25,017 nucleotides of DNA, from positions 1 to 25,017 of the forward strand of contig JAWSUI010000052.1 of assembly GCA_033551855.1 (NCBI GenBank), read 5' to 3'. The notes beneath the pieces were generated by a model. That model was given only the letters and a program-made list of their open reading frames with translations. It had not been told where the DNA came from and did not search any database. Made by a program: the position numbers and the translations under genes. Position 1 is the stretch's first letter, and every line of letters starts with the position of its first letter. Below are positions 16,875 through 23,589 of this stretch, in pieces. Source of the DNA: Deferrisomatales bacterium. GTDB taxonomy: Bacteria > Desulfobacterota > Deferrisomatia > Deferrisomatales > JACRMM01.

Positions 16875-17747
16875 TCACTGCGCCATCCGCTCCTCTGAGT
16901 CTGCGCTCTTGAACCGCACGCTCTCCGCCTGGGCGCCTCGGATGACCTCCACGGTGTGGGGGCTGGGCGCCGGGGCGCGGACCCGGGCCTGCAGGGTCGG
17001 CACCGCCGCGCGGCGCACGGGGGCGGGGGCTGGTGCGGGCTTGGGTGCCTCGGCCACGGCCGCCGGCTCGGGCTTCACGTCCTCCGCCGGGTTTCGGAGC
17101 ACCAGGTGGATGGGGCCCTCGTGGGTCTGCAGGGCCAGCTTTTCGGCCTGGTCCGGTGCCACGGCCAGGGTGACGGTCTTCACCACCTTGGGCTTGCCCT
17201 CTTCGGTGAAGGTCTCCTGGGCGATGGCCAGGACCTCGATGCGCTCCAGAATCGTCTGGACCTTCCGGTTCCGGGCCTGGTCCTCCGTCACCGCGATCAC
17301 GTCCACGAAGGTGTTGGGGAGCACGAACCCGCTCACCCCCACCACGTCGTCCACCCGGATGGACATGGCCCGTTGCCCCGGCTGGAGGGTGGCGACGAGC
17401 CCAGCGCCCGAGCCCGGGGCCGCGAGCTCGCTGGAGAGCACCGGGTGGCCGGCCCGGAGCCGGTTCACCACGACGCGGCCCTCCAGGGGCTCCACCTGGT
17501 GGAACGCGCCCCGGGGCACCGCGGCCGCCGGCCACTCGGCCACGGCCAGGGACCCCGCGGTGAGCCGGCTGCCCACCTCCAGCTCCCGCGCGGCGATCAC
17601 CACCTTGGCGGAAGGTACAGAGTCCCCCCCCCGCACGACCACGGCCGGCACCTCGGTCCGGCTCGCCAGGAAGCGGTTGGCCAGGAACACCGCCGCGACC
17701 CCCGAGAGGACCGCCAGCACGAGGGCCAGGAACGCACCGTATTTCAT
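16875..17747 (-). CDS. cpaB: Flp pilus assembly protein CpaB/RcpC (SAF domain)
   Basis: VVIAARELEVG, PGQRAMSIRVDDVVGVSGFVLPNTFVDVI, VTLAVAPDQAEKL and LVLRNP motifs; GGAG RBS. Confidence 0.92.
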   Translation of the reverse strand: MKYGAFLALVLAVLSGVAAVFLANRFLASRTEVPAVVVRGGDSVPSAKVVIAARELEVGSRLTAGSLAVAEWPAAAVPRGAFHQVEPLEGRVVVNRLRAGHPVLSSELAAPGSGAGLVATLQPGQRAMSIRVDDVVGVSGFVLPNTFVDVIAVTEDQARNRKVQTILERIEVLAIAQETFTEEGKPKVVKTVTLAVAPDQAEKLALQTHEGPIHLVLRNPAEDVKPEPAAVAEAPKPAPAPAPVRRAAVPTLQARVRAPAPSPHTVEVIRGAQAESVRFKSADSEERMAQ

Positions 17748-17814
17748 GTCTGCTCTCCTCTGGGGAAACCTACCTCACGCGACGATGCCACCGCGGGAAA
17801 AATCCAAAAACTTG

Positions 17815-17903
17815 TCTCACGCAACGACGCAACGGCGCAACGTTACAAACCCAAATCGAACCAGTTTGTGTCTCCCTTTGCGCCTTTGCGTCTCTGCGCG
17901 AGA
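17815..17903. repeat. 28-bp imperfect inverted repeat with 8-nt CGCAAnGR periodicity
   Basis: TCTCACGCAACGACGCAACGGCGCAACG (17815-17842) versus CTTTGCGCCTTTGCGTCTCTGCGCGAGA (17876-17903); 23/28 complementary. Confidence 0.8.
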
Positions 17904-17918
17904 ACGCCCTTCCCTGAA

Positions 17919-18140
17919 CCCCATCCCCCTCCCAGCCTCATTCGGAGAATCTGCCCATCCCCCGCCCAGTACCCCATCCCCCTCCCAGCCTCCCCCCGCC
18001 CTTCAGCCCCCCTCCCCTTCAAGGGGAGGGCCGGGGTGGGGATGGGTCTGGGGACCCGTCCTGGCTCACCTCCCTGCTTTCAACCCTTCCCCGTCCAGAG
18101 TTCCCCATCCCCCTCCCAGCCTCCCCCTTGAAGGGGGAGG
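17919..18140. repeat. Cluster of TTCAA-palindrome repeats (partial type B at 17919 and 17972, type A 18010-18046, type B 18103-18140)
   Basis: Same consensus as the other copies; the type B copy begins 4 nt after the cpaA stop. Confidence 0.9.
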
Positions 18141-18144
18141 GGCG

Positions 18145-18774
18145 TTAGACGAGCCCGCCCCACCACACGTACGCGGAGAAGCCGTAGGCGATCGCGGCGG
18201 CATAGGGGAAGCGGATCCGCTCCGACGACGTCGGCCGCAGGCACCGGGGGTCGCGGCTCACGGCGTAGGCCGCCACCGCGTTCTTCCACTCCCGCGTCTT
18301 CGCCTTGAGATTGTGGGCCAAGGCGTAGTGAATCACCGCCAAAACGCCCCCGGCCAATGCCGTGTACAAGAACACCCAAAGGATCGGCACCGGTCCCAGC
18401 AGCGCCCCCAGGCCCGCCATAGCCTTCACGTCACCGCCACCCATGCCGCCCATGAGATAGGGGACGAGGAGGACGGAGAGACCGATCAGGGCGCCCAGGA
18501 CCCCTTCGCCGAGACCTCCCCAACCTCCGAGGACCGCGTTGTACACCAACCCCAGGGCCAGGAGCCCCAGGGTGAGAACGTTGGGGATACGAGAGCTCCG
18601 GGTGTCGATTACGCAGGCCACGACCAGGAACCCGCAGCCCAGCGCCACCCGGGGGTCGGCTCCCCACGTTACTAGGACGAGCAGGGCGAGGACCGCGGCA
18701 GAGAGACCGACGGCATATCGTGCTGGAGCATTTCCTCGCATGCCCATGGGCATATCGCCAGTCCCGTCAGACAT
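18145..18774 (-). CDS. cpaA: Prepilin peptidase CpaA/TadV (A24 family)
   Basis: Both catalytic Asp motifs present (CVIDTRSSRIPN and GGMGGGDVKAM), plus C-terminal FPYAAAIAYG. Exact start codon uncertain. Confidence 0.92.
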   Translation of the reverse strand: MSDGTGDMPMGMRGNAPARYAVGLSAAVLALLVLVTWGADPRVALGCGFLVVACVIDTRSSRIPNVLTLGLLALGLVYNAVLGGWGGLGEGVLGALIGLSVLLVPYLMGGMGGGDVKAMAGLGALLGPVPILWVFLYTALAGGVLAVIHYALAHNLKAKTREWKNAVAAYAVSRDPRCLRPTSSERIRFPYAAAIAYGFSAYVWWGGLV

Positions 18775-18781
18775 TGGCCCA

Positions 18782-18955
18782 CTAGGGGAATGCTGTGTTA
18801 GCGGAGTTGAACGCTGCCAGAATCTTGGGGCCTATGAGCAGGAGCGCCGCAACGGCTGCGATCGAGATCAGCGACGCCAAGATCGCGTACTCCACAAGCG
18901 CTGCGCCCCCATCGGCCCGCATCAGGCTCTTCATCCTAGCTGCCAGATGCCTCAT
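18782..18955 (-). CDS. flp: Flp family type IVb/IVc pilin (second copy, 57 aa; not in ORF track)
   Basis: Manual translation: MRHLAARMKSLMRADGG|AALVEYAILASLISIAAVAALLLIGPKILAAFNSANTAFP*. Shows G(-1), E(+5), Y(+6) and a hydrophobic helix. Confidence 0.9.
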   Translation of the reverse strand: MRHLAARMKSLMRADGGAALVEYAILASLISIAAVAALLLIGPKILAAFNSANTAFP

Positions 18956-19015
18956 GTGCCGGTCCCCTGTCGTCTAAGAACTCGTATGCCAGCATGGTCC
19001 TGGTTGACGAGTATG

Positions 19016-19098
19016 AGCAGGGAGATGATTGCAGGTGCGAATCTCTCTAAATACATGATTATCGTGTCCAGTATTATTCCTACAATCATCTCCCTGCT
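19016..19098 (-). other. 20-bp stem-loop between the two flp genes
   Basis: AGCAGGGAGATGATTGCAGG (19016-19035) and CCTACAATCATCTCCCTGCT (19079-19098). The single mismatch is a G-U pair in minus-strand RNA; the 43-nt loop is AT-rich. Confidence 0.8.
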
Positions 19099-19154
19099 TC
19101 CTCAGATACTATCAACTTCGCGTGTCCACCGGCAAGACTGTGGACTGCCCATGG

Positions 19155-19334
19155 TTACGGGGTGGTCATTCTTGTATTGACGTCAGTGAACGTAGTCTTA
19201 ATCGTATTGCCCAGAGTCTGGATGATCACAATGGCCACAACGGAGAGCAGCGCTACCAGGATCGCATACTCCACCATCGTCGCGCCCTCGTCGTCCCGCA
19301 CCAGGCTCTTCATCTTCTCGATCAGCTTTCTCAT
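19155..19334 (-). CDS. flp: Flp family type IVb/IVc pilin (first copy, 59 aa, probable major pilin; not in ORF track)
   Basis: Manual translation: MRKLIEKMKSLVRDDEG|ATMVEYAILVALLSVVAIVIIQTLGNTIKTTFTDVNTRMTTP*. Strong AGGAGG RBS. Confidence 0.95.
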   Translation of the reverse strand: MRKLIEKMKSLVRDDEGATMVEYAILVALLSVVAIVIIQTLGNTIKTTFTDVNTRMTTP

Positions 19335-19685
19335 CTCGTTTCCTCCTGTGGTTGTGACTTGTTTGTGGTTGACTTGCCGTCGCCCGGAACTGTCCAGATT
19401 TTCCTCGGTATCCCTCTCCTCCTCTCACGTTGCCCGGTCTGCCCTGCCTCCCGCCCCGAGCGACGTCCGGGTGCCGGGGTTCCGGGGAAATGGTCCCTTG
19501 CCGGGACGTTGGTGCCTTGTGTGCCTATTGCCCTCCGAGCCCTTGCCGAAGACTCTCTTCGGCACGCTGCCTCGTCGGGATGAATACCGGATCGAGCACG
19601 ATCGTCCTAAAGCCGCCTCCCTTGCCCTATCCTTCTCCAGCCAGCCCCCTTTCTTACCCCATCCCCCCTTACCCATCCCCCTCTA

Positions 19686-19723
19686 CCCCATCCCCCTCCC
19701 AGCCTCCCCCTTGAAGGGGGAGG
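19686..19723. repeat. Type B TTCAA-palindrome repeat downstream of the AAA+ ATPase
   Basis: CCCCATCCCCCTCCCAGCCTCCCCCTTGAAGGGGGAGG, identical to 18103-18140. Confidence 0.9.
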
Positions 19724-19749
19724 GGCGTACGGTCGGGGGTTAAGCTGGG

Positions 19750-21078
19750 TTAAGCTTGGGGGGAGTCCTCGTGGCGGGTGAAGTAGATCCCCGCCGCCCT
19801 CTCCAGGGCCGCCCGGTCGATCCGGGGCGGCCGGCGCTCGTAGGCGCTCACCGCCGCGATGATGTTCACGATGTCCCTGGGGTAGCAGGCGCGAAGCTCG
19901 CCGCTGCCGCGCTCGACGCAGAGGTCCCGCAAAGCGGTCTCGGCGTCGGGGTCGCAGTCCAAGTCCCTCTCCCGGACCACCCGCCGGAAGATCTCCCCGA
20001 AGGTCTCGGCGGAGACCGGCTCCACGTAGATCTTGTTGGGGATCCGGCGGAAGAAAGCCTCGTCGGCGAGGCTCGACGGCTCGAGGTTCGTCGCGAAGAC
20101 CACCGTCATCTCGAAGGGGATCTCGAACTTGGTGCCGTAGCGCAGCGACAGGTAGTCGACCCGGCGGTCCAGGGGGACGATCCACCGGTTGAGCAGGTAC
20201 CGCGGGGAGACCACCTGCCGGCCGAAGTCGTCGATGACGAGGATGCCGTTGTTGGCCTTCATCTGGAGTGGCGCGGCGTAGATGCGGGTGGCTTCGTCCA
20301 CCTGGAGCTCGAGCATGGTCGACTCGAGCTCGCCGCCCGCGACGACCGAGGGGCGGCGGCACACGACCCAGCGGCGGTCGCGGCTCCCGGTGCCGGTGCC
20401 GGCGTCCGAAGCGGGGTCCGGGGCGGCACGGCGGTGCACCACCGGGTCGTAGACGACGATGATCTGGCCGTCCACGGTGACCGCGTGGGGCACGGCCACG
20501 ACGTCGCCCATGACCCGGAGGAACCTCTCGGCGAGGCTCGTCTTGCCGTTGCCGGTGGGGCCGTAGAGGAAGATCGAGCCCTGAGAGACGAGGGCCGGCC
20601 CGAGTTGGTCGAGAAGCCCGTCGGTGAGCACCAGGTCGGAGAAGGCGGCCCGCAGGGTCTCCCGGTCGAGCGTGACCTTCGCAGCCTGGGCCCTCACGGC
20701 GGCCTGGTAGGTCTTGAGGGAGACCGGGCACGGCCCCGCGTAGTGGCACACCAGCATACGGTCGGCAGCCAAAGCCCGGCCCGCCCCGGTGAGGACGAAC
20801 CGGTAGTCGCTGCCGTCGATGCCCTTGACCTGGACGAGCTGCTGGGCCCGGAGCAGCTCGAAGACCTCGCGGGCCACCGGGAAGGAGAGCATGAGGGACC
20901 GGCACAGGCCGGTCAGGCTTGCTTCGCCCTGGAGGTACAGCCGGCGCAGGACCAGGTCGGAGAGGAGCCCCTCCGACACGTCCATCTCCGCCAGGCTCTG
21001 GGGGGGTGCGGGGCAGTAGGCGGGCACCGGGTGTTGCCCGGTGAGCTCCGCCAGCGCCTCGACCTTCCACTTCCCCAT
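19750..21078 (-). CDS. Uncharacterised AAA+ ATPase of the type associated with Flp/Tad loci, with possible winged-helix-like N-terminus
   Basis: Walker A GPTGNGKT, Walker B LVIDDFGRQ, VFATN, Arg-finger region AFFRRIPNKI and sensor-II-like ACYPRD; lies directly upstream of flp. Confidence 0.82.
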   Translation of the reverse strand: MGKWKVEALAELTGQHPVPAYCPAPPQSLAEMDVSEGLLSDLVLRRLYLQGEASLTGLCRSLMLSFPVAREVFELLRAQQLVQVKGIDGSDYRFVLTGAGRALAADRMLVCHYAGPCPVSLKTYQAAVRAQAAKVTLDRETLRAAFSDLVLTDGLLDQLGPALVSQGSIFLYGPTGNGKTSLAERFLRVMGDVVAVPHAVTVDGQIIVVYDPVVHRRAAPDPASDAGTGTGSRDRRWVVCRRPSVVAGGELESTMLELQVDEATRIYAAPLQMKANNGILVIDDFGRQVVSPRYLLNRWIVPLDRRVDYLSLRYGTKFEIPFEMTVVFATNLEPSSLADEAFFRRIPNKIYVEPVSAETFGEIFRRVVRERDLDCDPDAETALRDLCVERGSGELRACYPRDIVNIIAAVSAYERRPPRIDRAALERAAGIYFTRHEDSPQA

Positions 21079-21126
21079 GTTCCGTCCTCTCCGGTACCCA
21101 ATGGCCCGTTGGCTCGCCTGTCCGTA

Positions 21127-21143
21127 TGCAGCGAGCGTGCCAA
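21127..21143 (-). promoter_or_regulatory. sigma54 (RpoN) -24/-12 promoter upstream of the ATPase-flp-tad genes
   Basis: Minus strand reads TTGGCACGCTCGCTGCA, i.e. TGGCACG-N4-cTGCA with exact GG-N10-GC spacing, about 50 nt upstream of the ATG at 21078. Confidence 0.75.
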
Positions 21144-21570
21144 ATGGGTAAGCGCTACAGAAAAACCGGTCGGCCGGCAGGATCCGGGAAGCTTCCTCGC
21201 AGACTTTACGGGGGCGCGCAACGGGTAGGGCACGGTGGCCGAACGCGCCGTATTCCTTGACAAAACACCCGGACCCACGCCTCAGCGACGCGTTCCTTCC
21301 AGGCGGGAACCATCATTCCTCGAACGCATTGGCGAGGCGTCGCTGCCTTCGCGCAAACCGTGCTCCGGACCTCCCACCCGTACGGAATCCGAGGAGCATG
21401 GGGGGTCGTGGTGCACCCGAGAGTGCCATTGTGTGTAACTTCTTGCCCACTCCCCTCCCGAACGTTCTGGGGCAGAGGAATTCTCTTCTCTTCTGCGCTG
21501 CCGGGCCGGGCGGGGCCGCATAGATGCAGTCCCCCGCCCTTCCCGTGTGGGTTCCTCGAACCGTGCGAGA

Positions 21571-21939
21571 TCACGGCCCGAGCACCTCTCGCACGACGGC
21601 TCGCACCCGGGAGAGGTCGAAGGGTTTGGGAAGGAGCTCGTAGGCCTCCCGCGCGACGAGGGCGGTCTGGGCCTCGTCCAGGTGGCTCGCGGTGACAATG
21701 GCTACGCGGGTGTCGGGGAAGCGCCGCCGGATCTCCGTCAGGCACTCGAGCCCATCCATCCCGGGGAGGCGCACGTCGAGAAAGCAGAGCTGGAAGGGGG
21801 ACGCTTCGAGGGCGGCGAGCGCCTCCTCGGCGGAGGCGGCGCAGCGGACCTCGTCGGCATTCTTGTCGAGGGCTCGTTTCAGGGAGATCCGTACCAACTC
21901 CTCATCGTCGACGATGAGGACCCGTTTGGGCATGGCCAC
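21571..21939 (-). CDS. Single-domain response regulator (receiver only)
   Basis: RVLIVDDE, FLDVRLPGMDG (phosphoacceptor Asp), IVTA and LPKPF. Start is GTG 21939 or ATG 21933. Confidence 0.92.
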   Translation of the reverse strand: MAMPKRVLIVDDEELVRISLKRALDKNADEVRCAASAEEALAALEASPFQLCFLDVRLPGMDGLECLTEIRRRFPDTRVAIVTASHLDEAQTALVAREAYELLPKPFDLSRVRAVVREVLGP

Positions 21940-22069
21940 CCCCCTTTCCCACTACGGGATTCCCGGCCGGACGTCTCCTGCACCCACCGCAGCGGTGAAC
22001 CTACCGGAATTGTTCCAATCTTGAAAGGAAAATCTGCCGACCGGGAAATCTGCGCGCGGCACGAGGGCT

Positions 22070-22290
22070 TCAGCCCCCTTCCTTGCCCTCGATCCAGCGG
22101 CCCATGGCGGCAGAAGCGCACCGCCCCAGGCTTCCCTCCCCTTCAAGGGGAGGGCGAGGGTGGGGATGGGTCGCCGTGCGGGGGCAGAGCAAAGAGGGGA
22201 CGGGTGCCGCCCCCACAGATCGCAACAGAACCCCGGAAGGCCCTCGACCCGTCACCCCCCTTCTTTGCCCTCGATCCAGCGGCCCATGGC
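22070..22290 (-). repeat. 39-bp direct repeat of a gene 3' end (22070-22108 and 22252-22290) flanking 99-bp composite repeat copy 2 (22134-22232)
   Basis: Both copies encode AMGRWIEGKEGG*, 37/39 identical. Between them lies GGTTCTGTTGCGATCTGTG...CCCTCCCCTTGAAGGGGAGGG. Confidence 0.9.
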
Positions 22291-22782
22291 CGGGAGGACC
22301 GCGCGGCCCCACTCGTCGGAGACGCGCAGGGCGGCGAACTCGGCGAACAGGGCGTCGATCACGGCCAGGCACTCGCGGACGTACCCCAGGCGGACGAGGG
22401 CGGTGGCGTGCCAGTCGTCCCCCTGCTCGGAGAGCACTTTGGGGACGGCGACCCCCGGCAGGTCGAAGGTGTCGCCCCGGAGGACCAGCCGGTACTCCCG
22501 GTCGTCGCGCAGGAGGCCGAGCCGGGCCTCCTGGAGCTTCTTGCCCACCTTGAGGGCGGCGGCCGCCTCGCCGGACTTGGAGACGTCGCCCTCCTTGAGG
22601 ATGTTCTGCTTGCTCTCGGTGTCCAGGCTGCCGAGGACCATCCGGTCCTCGATCCACAGCGTCACCGGGCCCAGACCCGCCACGTCCAGGACCCCGTCCG
22701 CCTCCTCCACCCGGAACCACAGCCAGGTCAGGAACTCGTCTCCCCAGAAGGCCTTCTCGTCGAGCGCCTTGAGCACGTCCAT
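22252..22782 (-). CDS. Conserved protein translationally coupled to the RdgC-like gene (possible second RdgC-related subunit)
   Basis: MDVLKALDEKAFWGDEFLTWLWF..., AAAALKVGKKLQEARL. TGATG overlap with the upstream stop. Family assignment is from recognition, not a search. Confidence 0.7.
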   Translation of the reverse strand: MDVLKALDEKAFWGDEFLTWLWFRVEEADGVLDVAGLGPVTLWIEDRMVLGSLDTESKQNILKEGDVSKSGEAAAALKVGKKLQEARLGLLRDDREYRLVLRGDTFDLPGVAVPKVLSEQGDDWHATALVRLGYVRECLAVIDALFAEFAALRVSDEWGRAVLPAMGRWIEGKEGG

Positions 22783-23411
22783 CACGCAGCTCCCTCCGGC
22801 TCCGGCCGGAAGACCGACGGCACGACCCGGTCGGCGACCTCGTCCTTTCCCTCCCCCAGGGCGCGCAGGGCGAGGAGGTAGGGGAACAGGGGCCGGAGCT
22901 TCACGGCGAAGGTCTTCTCGAACAGGGAGCGGAAGGCCTCGTTGACCCGCTCCCCGGTGCTCCAGAAGAGGACCTCGGCCCGGTCGAGGTCCCAGGAGAG
23001 GTCGATGCCCTGGCAGGAGGGGATCACCCTCTCGAGGAGGCGCTTGCGCACGATGGTCTCGATCTCGTCGCGCTCGGCCCGGGTCAGGTCCTCGCGCCCG
23101 GAGCGGAGCTTCCACTCGCTCTGGAGCTTGCGGCACTCCTGCTTGAGGAATCGCGGGGGGATCCGCTTGGTGTCCACGCGCAGGGTGAGGTTGACCGTGT
23201 TCTCGACGAGCCACCGGTCGAGGTGCAGGCTGGGGTCGAACCAGTCGTCCACGGGGACCCACCCGAGCACCTCCTCCCGGTCGTCTCCCGGTGCGAAATC
23301 CTGGAAGGCGTGCTTCTGGATCGCCGCCTCGTAGGCGTCTCGAAAGCCCGGGGGGATTTCCCCAAGGACCTGGTACCGCCGCAGCCGAATGGCCCCGCTC
23401 AGAATACCCAC
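22782..23411 (-). CDS. rdgC: RdgC-family recombination-associated protein (short deltaproteobacterial type)
   Basis: GTG start with GAGGAGGAG RBS. GILSGAIRLRRY, EVLGWV, LRVDTKRIP and LFEKTF resemble the N-terminal part of RdgC. Confidence 0.7.
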   Translation of the reverse strand: MGILSGAIRLRRYQVLGEIPPGFRDAYEAAIQKHAFQDFAPGDDREEVLGWVPVDDWFDPSLHLDRWLVENTVNLTLRVDTKRIPPRFLKQECRKLQSEWKLRSGREDLTRAERDEIETIVRKRLLERVIPSCQGIDLSWDLDRAEVLFWSTGERVNEAFRSLFEKTFAVKLRPLFPYLLALRALGEGKDEVADRVVPSVFRPEPEGAA

Positions 23412-23456
23412 GTCGCTCCTCCTCTTGTACACCGTCGAACCTGTCATCCTATCACC

Positions 23457-23556
23457 TGTGGGAGCGGGCTCCCGGCCGGGACCTCCATGGCCTCTCACCC
23501 TGCGGGACCGGGCTCCCGCCCGCGACGGCCTTCGCGCCCAGGAGGGCGCTCCCACA
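23457..23556. repeat. GTGG-type REP pair (REPIN-like)
   Basis: TGTGGGAGCGGGCTCCCGGCCG ... TTCGCGCCCAGGAGGGCGCTCCCACA, with an internal partial copy GGGCTCCCGCCCGCGA. Confidence 0.8.
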
Positions 23557-23589
23557 AGAAACTCCAGGCAGCAGAGCACCGTGCACCCC

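Noticed and set aside
19340..19680. c-di-GMP/cGAMP (GEMM) or c-di-AMP riboswitch in the flp leader (also sought at 21150-21570)
   Set aside because: No GEMM or ydaO consensus recognised by eye; only a 9-bp hairpin at 19544-19564. An Infernal scan would be needed to exclude it fully.
21412..21428. Second sigma54-like motif TGGCACTCTCGGGTGCA (minus strand)
   Set aside because: GG-to-GC spacing is 11 nt, not the required 10.
3388..22232. Composite transposon bounded by the two IS6-like ends
   Set aside because: Both ends have the same orientation, and no transposase or partner inverted ends were found.
22070..22720. 216-aa ORF ending in the duplicated AMGRWIEGKEGG as a frameshift-derived isoform
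   Set aside because: The upstream part is an off-frame reading of the real gene plus repeat DNA, and no slippery site was identified.
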